Positions 29,001 through 40,107 of a DNA stretch of 64,000 nucleotides are shown here, piece after piece (position 1 is the first letter of the stretch; every line of letters starts with the position of its first letter). Made by a program: the position numbers and the translations under genes. Source of the stretch: Eledone cirrhosa (taxonomy: Eukaryota); assembly GCA_964016885.1 (NCBI GenBank), contig OZ024747.1:11594001-11658000 (forward strand), given 5' to 3'. Below the pieces are notes generated by a model. The model made no database searches, was not told where the DNA came from, and saw nothing but the letters and a program-made list of their open reading frames with translations.

Positions 29001-29684
29001 TCGTTTACCTGGGCTCAACAGTGGTTCCAACGGCACAGGGCGCAGCCGAGGTCAAACATCGCATAGGTGCTGCCAGATCCGCTTTTGGGCGCCTCTAGCG
29101 GTGTCTGTGGGACAGAAGAGAGATCACCTCGACGACCAAAGGGTGAATCTACCAGGCGGTCATTCGCACTATCCTCCTCTATGGCTGTGAAACATGGCCT
29201 ATGAGGGTAGTCGATCAACGGGGGCTGGAGGTCTTCGACAATGACTGTCTCCGCCGCATTCTTCGCTGCCGACGCGTTGATCGAGTACCTACCGCCAGTC
29301 TTCGTCTTCGCCTGAATCTTCGACCCCTTCCTTCAGTGCTTCTGCAACGGCGCTTGAGATGGTTTGGTCACGGAGCTCGGCGCCCTGAGGGTGAGCTGAT
29401 CTGCGATGTCCTCCTCCCACCTCCACTCTCTAACTGGCGCAAGCGCGTTGGTGGGGGGCAGCTGAAGACCTGGGCAACGACGATCAAGGAGGACCTCTCC
29501 GAACTCTCAGGTCCGCAGGTGGTCGGCCTGCGCCGATGGAACCGTGACTGGCTCGCTATCTCCAGTGACCTAGCCCGGGACCGTCGCGCGTGGGCTGCCA
29601 TGGTTCGGGATGCCGTCAGGACAAGGGAAGAAGCCGGCTCAACCCGTCCAGGGTGAATGTCGACACAAGTACAAGTAAGTAAGT
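26027..29684 (+). mobile_element. Near full-length RTE-clade LINE (APE endonuclease plus RT), disrupted
   Basis: EN motifs VACWNV, LSEVR, AVYAPT, AGDWNAR, NQIDY, SDH. RT motifs NYRGISL, FIDFAAAFDSV, GVRQGCALSP, YADD, RRLRWFGH. Tail caagtacaagtaagtaagt. Several frameshifts and stops (for example 29096 and about 29144). Confidence 0.95.
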
Positions 29685-30362
29685 CGTGTCTTACTGCACT
29701 TGGAGGAACGATTTTGTCTTTAAAATTCCGAAATCGTGGTTGTCTCCAACGAATAGCCGATGACAGGGATGTGTTCCTTGAACGTCCTAGCTCAGTGTTT
29801 GCAGTTTCATACAAATTTGTATAATAAAATTCAGTATATAGTAATTTCATGCAATACATTGTTAAACGACTTCACCGCGTGGACCACATGGTATTGTAAA
29901 CTGTCGCATGATTTGGCGTGGGTGAGTGTACTGTGTAGTGGTCAAACTCAAAAGTGTCAAAACCTAGGTAGTGGTAGCTGTGATGGTCGTGATAGTGGTG
30001 ACGGTGATGGTAGTAGTGATGGTGGGGAGGATGTGGTGAGGTGGTTCATATCGAATTAGTCATGGCTGCAGTTGTTGCTTGTTGCTGTAGCTATTGTTGT
30101 GGTCCGTAAAAACTTCAATTATTTCCGGAAGATGACGAGATTCACGTTCTAAGCGTGATCTGACAATTTATCACATGACAGCGTTCGACTAAACTGAGCG
30201 TGAAATGCTCTGAGAATTCACACGTTAGATGAATTACACATGCTACCAGAGAATAGTCTGCCATCTTTGATTAGATATCTTCATTGCACTTCTCTCGTAC
30301 TCGGCATACACGGACACCAAACATACACGCATGTACCTATATATCTACACACACACACATTT

Positions 30363-30405
<43 letters not shown>

Positions 30406-30545
30406 TTATTGGTTATTCTCGCTATAGGAGTAAAGGAGAAGCATTTCAAATACGTACTCAATACAAATTAGTAGAGAATGTAGATCTTTATGAGTAGCGC
30501 CTTAGAATGAAGCGAGACGATATTTTTTTAGGGATAAATTATGTC

Positions 30546-30592
<47 letters not shown>

Positions 30593-30595
<3 letters not shown>

Positions 30596-30691
30596 TCCTC
30601 AGTGTATACTGATTAATGTTCAGAGCCAGCGATAATGAGGGACAGAGACCGCTGGAGAGAACTCGTCCATGGATCTCGGGAATTTTACCCG

Positions 30692-30694
<3 letters not shown>
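30593..30694 (+). mobile_element. RTE-X 3' stub with a 5' inversion
   Basis: 30593-30628 matches the top strand of 59243-59279 (antisense). 30629-30693 is the reverse complement of 58957-59022. Confidence 0.85.
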
Positions 30695-30765
<71 letters not shown>

Positions 30766-31194
30766 AGTAAAAGACTCGCGTATAATCCTGTAATTCAATG
30801 AGCTCCAAGGAAAGAGTTTTGCTGGGTACTTTAAAATACAATAGAGAGGGGAAAAACACAGGAGAGTGTGTTTTCATTTACAGGATTTTAAACCAGCAGC
30901 GTGAAAAGAATATGAGCTAAGAGAGGTACAGGAGAAACATAATAATTAAAAGGATAAATTAAAATGAAAAATCAACCTCATAACTAAATCACACATGCAC
31001 ACACATACACATTAATTGAAAAGGGTTTGAAGCGATGAGTATAATGTGAAGTTTCATAAAATTGTGGTATTGTCAGCGCGAAGGGGAGCTGTAAACAGCT
31101 GAATTTTATATGTTAAGATATAACCTTATATGGAAGGGAGAGAAGGAGAGAAAGGAAGAAAGGGAGTCTGAAGCGTGAGATGAGAAATGAGAGG

Positions 31195-31264
<70 letters not shown>

Positions 31265-31278
31265 GGAGGGGAGGGGAG

Positions 31279-31312
<34 letters not shown>

Positions 31313-31449
31313 GGAGGAGGAGGAGGAGGAGGAGGAGGAGAAAAGTAGGAATGAGATCGATGGAGCAGGACTTATGGGAATATAACTCTTATACTTTTAC
31401 CTGTTTCAGTCATCCGGCTGAGGCCATGCTGGGGCACCGCCCTATAAAT

Positions 31450-31625
31450 ATAGATATACCATTCATCATCTTGTCTTGCTAGTTGCACAGTTTGCCATGG
31501 CTTCTCCATGCGACTCAGTCGTCCATTGCTCATGGCAGGTGTTCGGGATTGCACTCATCCTCAAATAGCTTTTGATGTAAATTCTGTGAAGTCAGCTCAC
31601 ATTCAGATGTCTCTACTTTGCTGTC
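31450..31625 (-). mobile_element. Degenerate RTE-X 3' end
   Basis: Minus strand reads QKLFEDECNPEHLP*AMDD*VAWR, followed by a (GAT)n-like tail. Confidence 0.6.
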
Positions 31626-31656
31626 CACAACGGCACAATTTATTCTTGATAATGTA

Positions 31657-31830
31657 TAATTGTTTCTACTTTAGGCACAAGGCCAGCAAATTACCCAGTG
31701 TATTACTGGTACTTTATTTTATCGACCCCCCCTTAAGGATGAAAGGCAAAGTTAACCTCGGCGGGATTTGAACTCAGAATGGCAAGGGCCGTAACTCAAA
31801 GCATGGTGTCCGACCCTCTACCGATACTGC
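31657..31830 (-). mobile_element. SINE family 2
   Basis: Homologous to 20120-20319 and 43388-43580. Confidence 0.85.
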
Positions 31831-31849
31831 CTATGTCCTTACAACACGC

Positions 31850-32490
31850 CGCCGGTTGATCAACACCCTCCTTCCTCCTCCTGTGGCAGAATCTTTGGAG
31901 CTTTTCCATACAGATGTCGATATAAAAGTCCATCCATTTCTAATGTAGAGATATTTAAGTTGAAGTTCATCATGATGGAATTGGTGTTCCTCTATACAAA
32001 TTGTGACAACAGTTTAACAGCCGATCGTTGATTAGATTCAATGTACAGACGTTAAAGGTTGATATGGCAATATAGTTTTTACATTTAAGTAGGTTTAGTT
32101 CTTTTAGTTTGACTTCGTGACTGAATTTTCGAATACTGTAGCCGGAGTCAGTACCTCAGTTGATCGCGGCCCTTGTTGATCCACGAGCGTCTGACTTGAA
32201 CTTGAGTTTTGTTAATCATTCGTAGGCTATGTTGTTATCTGTGCACACCACACCCGTAGATGAGCTGCAGTAGTTTGCTGGCTGTCATCCTGACCATTGA
32301 CTAAGGAGATTCTTCTGCTCAGTAGCAAATGACACACGGCGTTGATTCTGACGTGAATTCATCCGCCGTAGTTCACCTTCCACCAAGCTACAAACACATA
32401 ACTTCACCGTAACCCTAGCAGAGGTAGTTCCCGGGAGCTAGCTCTTATCAAAGGGCCACCCGTGGTTGGGACTGGGGCTGCACATTTCCA
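31850..32490 (-). mobile_element. RTE-X 5' UTR and endonuclease fragment
   Basis: Minus strand reads NGWTFISTSVWKSSKDSATGG, matching the RTE-X EN pattern GWTF.S.SAWKN...A..GG. Confidence 0.6.
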
Positions 32491-32594
32491 TACAATGTAT
32501 ATAATATATATTTATATATAACAGAGTATACTCATAAAGATTCAGTAGTGTAGTGGTAATAATTGAACAAACTTGTGTGACTGAGAGTCTGAGA

Positions 32595-32628
<34 letters not shown>

Positions 32629-32658
32629 AGAACAAAAGATGTTTAAAAGAGTTCCATG

Positions 32659-32729
32659 TATTTTATTATGCGCATTTCAAAAACAAATATCATCATGCAA
32701 TAATATTTGTGTTTTCATCAGATAAAATA
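32659..32729 (-). ncRNA. Mirror copy of the same hammerhead ribozyme
   Basis: Reverse complement of 32853-32923. Confidence 0.85.
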
Positions 32730-32852
32730 GGAAGACATGATATGAAGGTTAAAAAACACTTGTGGATAGTGCAGTTTTAAATCAACATATGTTATGTTGA
32801 TTTAAAACTGCACTATCCACAAGTGTTTTTTAACCTTCATATCATGTCTTCC

Positions 32853-32923
32853 TATTTTATCTGATGAAAACACAAATATTATTGCATGATGATATTTGTT
32901 TTTGAAATGCGCATAATAAAATA
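32853..32923 (+). ncRNA. Minimal type I hammerhead ribozyme, core intact
   Basis: Stem I tattttat/ataaaata (8 bp). CTGATGA at 32861-32867. Stem II about 15 bp. GAAA at 32904-32907. Stem III has palindromic ATGCGCAT. Predicted cleavage AUA^ after 32915. Confidence 0.85.
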
Positions 32924-33234
32924 CATGGAACTCTTTTAACCATCTTTTGTTCTTATATATTATGTATACTCCAGTCCTACAAACTGTAGAGTGCTTCTTA
33001 TCCGATATCTGCATTGCTTTATTGTACTACAATAAAACTCACCTCCTACATATATATATATATATACGGGGTAACAGATTATTGTTATAGGTAGTCCACT
33101 TAGGTGTAGTCCAGTTATGGTACTCCGGGTAGTGGATGATATCAATGCTTGGCTAAGTTTGACTCAACAAGACGTTTCCATAGTGATGCTGCGAGTACGC
33201 TGTAATTCCTATGTTGTAAACACTTGGAGTAATG

Positions 33235-33359
33235 ATAAATAAGGAAAGAAGAGTGACACGGTTTGCTATACAAAAAAGGTTTTTAATCTCATTGCTGACA
33301 ATTGTTTCTCTGAACTGGTAGGTCTAGAGATCGCTAACCGCTTGTTTTCACGTTATACT

Positions 33360-33443
<84 letters not shown>

Positions 33444-34099
33444 ATATATATGTGTGTGTATATGTGTGTATATATATATTGCCCCCTTAACCTCTGTATT
33501 AACTTGCCTATTACTACTCTGTTAATGTTGTCTTATACATGTATGTTATTGATTATGTGAAAGCTAGACAACCCTTTCATCTAATATAGACCACACAAAT
33601 ATTACTATCCTCACTACAGTGATAAATTCTTCATCTGTCAGATAATAAATGATTCTTACGGCCACCAGACCTACATTGTTTAAAGCCACCGGCTTATCTT
33701 TACACTATATATAATACACCCCATGTCAGCTTTTACATGTCAATTTTATACATCTGCCTCATGTCAGCTAGTTTTACACGCTAAAATCGTAGATATACTA
33801 TACTTCCCACCTAGATTGATGTTGTGATTATTTCAAATAATTTATTGCTAGCATTGTTAGTATTGTTGTTATTGTTCTGATTGAATGCCATTACTACTAT
33901 ATATAGTAGCCATGCCTGTATATTCCTTTCATTCTCACAAGCTCCGATGAATTGACTGGTTATAACTTTGTATTGGTTATCGAATAACGTGAAAATAAGC
34001 GGGTAGCGATCTCTAGACCTACCAGTTCAGAGAAACAATAGTCAGCAATGAGATTAAAAATCTTTTTTGTATAGCAAACCGTGTCACTCTTCTTTCCTG

Positions 34100-34105
<6 letters not shown>
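33235..34105 (+). mobile_element. Family E non-autonomous Penelope-like element with an inverted partial terminal repeat
   Basis: 33235-33356 is the reverse complement of 33982-34104. HHR motif gct-CCGATGA (33944-33950)...GAAACaataGTC^agc (34032-34046). Confidence 0.75.
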
Positions 34106-34133
<28 letters not shown>

Positions 34134-34243
34134 GATAGAGTAATGAATTGGTGCTAAGAAGACATGAAGGCACTATGAAGGTTTTTTAATCAGTGAGATA
34201 TAAACACACACACACATACACAACGTGTGCTAGGCACATATCT

Positions 34244-34327
<84 letters not shown>

Positions 34328-34459
34328 TATATATATATAACATACATATTTTTACATATATAAATGCATACACAGACACATATATATATATACACATACA
34401 TCTTTTTACGTATATAAATACACACACACATACACACACACACATATATATATATATAT

Positions 34460-34522
34460 ATGATGGCTGCCCCCTCGTTATCGAGTATGGCCATTGCACG
34501 AAGAGAAAGAAAAAAATTAATA

Positions 34523-34553
<31 letters not shown>

Positions 34554-35423
34554 AATAAAATAAAAAAAAAGAAATATATATATATATATATATACACACA
34601 TACATATAGATATATACACACATATATATATACATACACACATATACATTAATAACAACAATAATAATAATAATAACAACAATAATAATAACGACAACAA
34701 CAATAATAATATACATATACATATATATATACACACACACATGCACAAATAAACATATCTATACACACACACACACACACACACGATAGCCACTAACAGC
34801 GCTGCGATCGAATGTGGCTTTTTAGCCCAGCCAATGAGCTAAAATGTCTTGCACAGAGTCGGCAACCAAAACATTCACTGGGAATAGCCGGCTGTGGTTG
34901 GAGTTCGTGTACTTTTGCATGTCGCTTGAGCCCTCCTGCTGATTTACATTCTCTACCACATGCTTGGTAAGCATGATGAGTAGCATCTCCAACAGCAGCC
35001 TGGTAGTCAACCACTGGTCTTACTTTATGACTGCGAAGATGACTTTCGAGTCCAGCTTTGCTTAGGCAGAGTCTCGCACAGACGCTGCATGTCAGCACCA
35101 TAGGAGGACCCTCGCCGTCTGGAAGTGCAACAGCAATGCCCTTCCTCACATCCCGCTTTACTTTCTCGTATGCGATTCGAGATGCCTCAAAGGCAACTTT
35201 TCCCTTATATACAGTCTTTCTCCATTTATTACGACCAGCAGCAATATATTCCCATGTATCAGCAGAGATGTTAGCGTCTTTCAAAGATATATATATACAT
35301 ACACATGTACACACATAAATTTGACATAATTTATACTGACAATTTTTTGGAGGGCTTCGGTCAACAACGAGTTCGTTGAGCGAAAGCAATCTTTTTTTTG
35401 TCAGCATCATTTATGTGTGTGTT

Positions 35424-35464
<41 letters not shown>

Positions 35465-36890
35465 GTAGATGCCTACGCATACATACATACACACGCATAT
35501 ACATCATATACACACCCACACACATATATGTACACACGCATACACACATACATACAAGGTGCGACACTTTGTCAGAATATTTATGACACACAACAAAAGG
35601 ATGAAGAATTACCTTTAAAATTGGAAGAAATCTTATTAAGATTGCCAGTAAATTGGCTGACATTTTCCTGGTCACTTCTTCCATCGTTTGTCACCTTCTT
35701 CTGGTGACAAAACATATTATATTAAACATTTTTTCCCTCAACTACAGCACAATTCTTCTGGATATCGAGACGCCATCTTAAGTTATTGTTCCCCGCAGAC
35801 GACCACACACACACACACACAACACACATTGAGACACAGATAAATACACACTGAGACACACACACACACAACACAGACACACAGAGACACCCACAAACAC
35901 ATATAGAGACATACACACACACGCACAGACACACACACAGACACACACATACGAACAGACACACACACAGACAGACATACAGGCAGACATTCAGACACAC
36001 ACACACGCACACACACACACATAGACAGACAGGCACACTCACACACACAGACAAACAGGCACACTCACACACACAGACACATACATAGACACACACACAC
36101 ACACAGATAAACACACAGACACATACAAATACACACATCAGTGCTTTATTTTGTATCTCGATGTTTCTTGGTCAAGGGGTTGATAAATTCTTTTATGTCT
36201 TTCTCAAATTTTCTCTCTTTTCTTTCTCTGTCTCTCTTCTCTCCTGGTATTTTAGTATAGTGGTGTCGTCTGGTGACCTGTCGTCTGATGTCCTGTCGTC
36301 TGCTGCCTCACATCAACTCCGGCGACCATATAATGTTTTTTTTTTCTATCATCCTAGAAAATGTGCATATATCTAAATTTCTACAGCCTTTACAGCTTTG
36401 AGTTGTTTTTTTGGTCTCTCTTTTTTTTAGCATGTGTAGTGATACGTTGCTCAGAGCTGGTTTGTGGGCCTTGTACATGCTACCCAAGCGCTTTCCGTGT
36501 CTGTTGGAGTTTTCATCGGTGATATGTTGCTCATGGTTGGTTTGTTGGCCTTGTACAAGCTACGTAAGAGCTTTCTGTGTCTTTTGGAGTTCTCATCGAA
36601 CCAGTCCTGGTGCTTGCCACCCCCAATCCGTTGGTTTCGGCAGTTTCTCACCATAGAGCATTGAACCCAAAGAAGATAATTTATTATATAGGCACCAGCA
36701 TATATAACCAATACTGGGTGGTTGTTGATTCTCATCAGCTCCTCCACCATTTGACTGGCTTTGATTTTCATCTCACAGGGTGTCCAAAATATCACACTAC
36801 TCTCCAAGCAGGTGTGGTGAGGAAACCGGTTTAGTCGCTGATGACCCGACCATGCAGGTTGTAGTGGGTTACATGTTACCTGTGGCACAT
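34460..36890 (-). mobile_element. Fragmented BovB-like RTE LINE with three C-terminal C2H2 fingers
   Basis: 5' UTR at 36890-36700 resembles 12910-13080. KHQDWFDENS at about 36620. C-terminus CSVC...HLRSH / ACGREC...HAKVH / CRLC...HIRS, stop at 34793. Terminal motif at 34462-34495. Interrupted by microsatellites. Confidence 0.8.
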
Positions 36891-36981
36891 ACACTAAAAT
36901 ACTAACACACACACACACCAACATATTAACACACACTAATATACTATCACACAAACATGTATATATATATGTATGTGTATG

Positions 36982-37052
<71 letters not shown>

Positions 37053-37709
37053 TTGGCTCTCGAAAGACAGACAACCCGACAGACAGTCAGTTAGTTATAC
37101 ATACTTGGCTTTCGAAAGAAGTGGAGTCTGTAGGTGTGGAGTATGTATGTGGTGGGGTGTAACCACTTGAGATATCAAAGTAAATGGTTGTCACAAACCA
37201 ATGTTACTCCTCCAACATATTGGAGAAATAAATCGTGATTTGTTCACATTTCCTCTCTCAAATAATTTCTTAGTTTAAGAGGAAAGTCGTGATAAATCAA
37301 CAAATGAATTGTTTTTTTGTTTTTTTTTCATTTTGGTTTCTCGACTCTGCGAAAATATTTCGAATTTGTATCGTCTGCTAGAAAACTGTAGTGCGCAGTT
37401 GCAATGGCGAAGTAATTTTGTTAATTTTTTTATAACACTTTTTACAGCTCATTCACATCTAAGCATATTTAGCTGACCTACATAGGAGGTTCCTTGGGTG
37501 TTTTAATGATAGGGTCCCAAGTCTTGTCTTGTTGTTACAGTTCATACCTTTGTAGGTTTAGCTGGGGACATAATGCGCAGAGTGAAAAGGTGACAAATAG
37601 CCAATCAGATTAGTGAATAGTTTTTTTAATTGTCCGTCGAAACGCTTTTTTTTAAATTCTGTTCATCTTTCGATTTCGTACTGTTAATGTGTGTATGACA
37701 TCTTGTTGC

Positions 37710-37825
37710 AGCATGGCTTAGTGGTTAGGGTATTCGGTTCACTATCGTATGGTTGTAAGTTCGATTACCGGCAGCGCGCTGTGTCTTTAAGCAAAACACG
37801 TTATTTCGCGTTGCCCCAGTTCACT
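37710..37825 (+). mobile_element. tRNA-derived SINE head plus CORE-like domain
   Basis: TGGCTTAGTGG A box, GTTCGATTACC B box, tgtgtctttaagcaaaacac. Confidence 0.75.
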
Positions 37826-37981
37826 TTCTATAGCGACCATATTGGGGACGAATGACGATTCACGGGGACGGGCTATAGGGAATAAGTAACGGGGGAGACA
37901 TGGTCAGACATGGAATAACAAAAAATTAAAGAAACACATTCTATGGTGAAAATTGCCCAATAACGTCGGGTTACTTTGCTA

Positions 37982-38096
<115 letters not shown>

Positions 38097-38283
38097 TGTG
38101 TGTGTGTCTGTGTGTGTGTGAGTGTGTATATAATTATATATTATATATATGTGTGTGTATATATGGGTATATATTATATATATATGTGTATATATATATG
38201 TGTGTGTGTGTGTATAATAAAATATATAATATATATATTATGCATATATATAAACATATATATATATTTATATATAAACATAC

Positions 38284-38316
<33 letters not shown>

Positions 38317-39029
38317 TATATGTGAGTGGGTTGTGTGTTTATATTGAATGTTTGGGTGAGTGAAGGATGCTGCAGTGACGTCACAATTTAATATAACCTG
38401 ACTGCTCATGCGTGTTATTTTGTTTGGCACTGTTGGATTTGTTCAAGAATTCTCATCCCGGAAGATAATGCCTCATCACTGATGCTTTTTCTCATTCTCT
38501 TTGAAGTCAAAGTCGGCTTATGATCCACTCTATCCTCTCCCCCTGCAACCCCCCCCTATCTTGTATTCTTCCTCCACCACCACCATCTCTCAGTTCACTG
38601 TTCCCCTCTCCTCCCTCCCTCCCCTACCACACTTTCTCTTATTCTATGTTTCACCTGCTCTCTTCACCTCACTGACAGAGTCTCTGTGTGATTGCTCGAT
38701 CTGCGAGAAATAGCAGCCAAATCTCCCTCAAATCACATCCCCCAAATGAGAGAAAGTTTGCCATGAGGGTGGGATGGGGACAATATGCTGACTTGAAAAG
38801 TGAGGTGGGCCCGAAGTGATGGAGGAAGAATACAAAAGAATGACCGAAATAGAAACATCCGTTCAAGTCCCGGTATTTAATTATCTTTCGAATCTTAGCG
38901 TCACTGACGATGGTGTTGAGGTGGCCGAAATTTGTGGCCAAAGCAACGAGATATTGGCCGGGTGTCAGCTGAGCTAGTAACCTTATAAACTGTCAAACAA
39001 TACAGGCACACCCGGCAAACATCAGCAGC

Positions 39030-39345
39030 CCGTCTGTGGAAGGGGTCTGGTGAGGTGGGGGTGGTTATTGCAGCGGGTGAGGATGGCCATTGAACGAGGA
39101 AATGCCTTTGAAGTTTTTTCCGCGGGGCACGGCCGAAACACTGTCCTTACCCATGCGTGGAGCCTTTCACCAACTACCCGACCCATTTTCTTCTGTGGCC
39201 TAATAGTTCTTTCCCTCTTGTTGGAAAGTTCCTGGCTTTAAGGTTATCGTGAAATGGTAGAGTTGTTGCCTTTACAGGTGAGGTAAAACCACTGCAATAG
39301 GTGTGTGAATCTGAGAGGGGGAATATGTTGAATAAAATCATAATT
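39030..39345 (+). mobile_element. 3' end of a CRE-like (RLE) non-LTR element
   Basis: WLLQRVRMAIERGNAFEV resembles the CRE-clade C-terminal QR.S.A.QRGNA motif. AATAAA at about 39330. Confidence 0.55.
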
Positions 39346-39513
39346 AACTGATCATAATTAACTTTTCAGCGCCCTATCGTGTATGTATGTGTGTGTGTAT
39401 GAATAAGTATGTGTATATATATATATATATATATGGTTGGCAAATCACTGACGAAGGACTAATTTTATCATATGTAACCCATGTGCAACCACGCAGTATT
39501 CTTCTTTCTTCTC

Positions 39514-39594
<81 letters not shown>

Positions 39595-39596
<2 letters not shown>

Positions 39597-39714
39597 CGAA
39601 GGAGGTGTGGCAAGGAACCAGGTGGACCATAACGCACCAGAGTACTCAATACTTAGGGTAGTAGAGTGGGTAATAGGAAATTGTTAGGCCCCATTATGGG
39701 GTCTAACAATTTCC

Positions 39715-39716
<2 letters not shown>
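39595..39716 (-). mobile_element. Family B element with a terminal hairpin
   Basis: Homologous to 45960-46050. Hairpin taggaaattgttaggccccat-t-atggggtctaacaatttccta. Confidence 0.88.
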
Positions 39717-39791
<75 letters not shown>

Positions 39792-39847
39792 CTTCTGTGA
39801 GAGATTCCTCTCAAGATGTTTAAATATTAGAGTTAATTAACCTTTAA

Positions 39848-39879
<32 letters not shown>

Positions 39880-39939
39880 CGTAAGGTAAATATTGATGCA
39901 ATTCAATTCAACCACTCAACGTACTTTTTCGCTTTTTCT

Positions 39940-40042
<103 letters not shown>

Positions 40043-40107
40043 AACAAGTTATAATTTTAGGTAACCCAGTTAGCGGTTGTGAGTACTCTGTAAGTTTTAA
40101 CGTACGT

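Larger units (their letters stand above)
32619..33049 (+). mobile_element. Family A fold-back element (two ~170-bp arms plus 3' tail)
   Basis: Axis at 32791, one visible mismatch between the arms, (TA)n on both sides. Confidence 0.92.

Noticed and set aside
37710-37785. tRNA gene
   Set aside because: The A and B boxes run directly into a SINE body and there is no clean cloverleaf. The same applies at 300-371 and 16460-16530.
38903-38945. CTGACGA...GAAA hammerhead-like motif
   Set aside because: No stem III or cleavage triplet can be formed. CTGACGA at about 39447 likewise lacks a GAAA partner.
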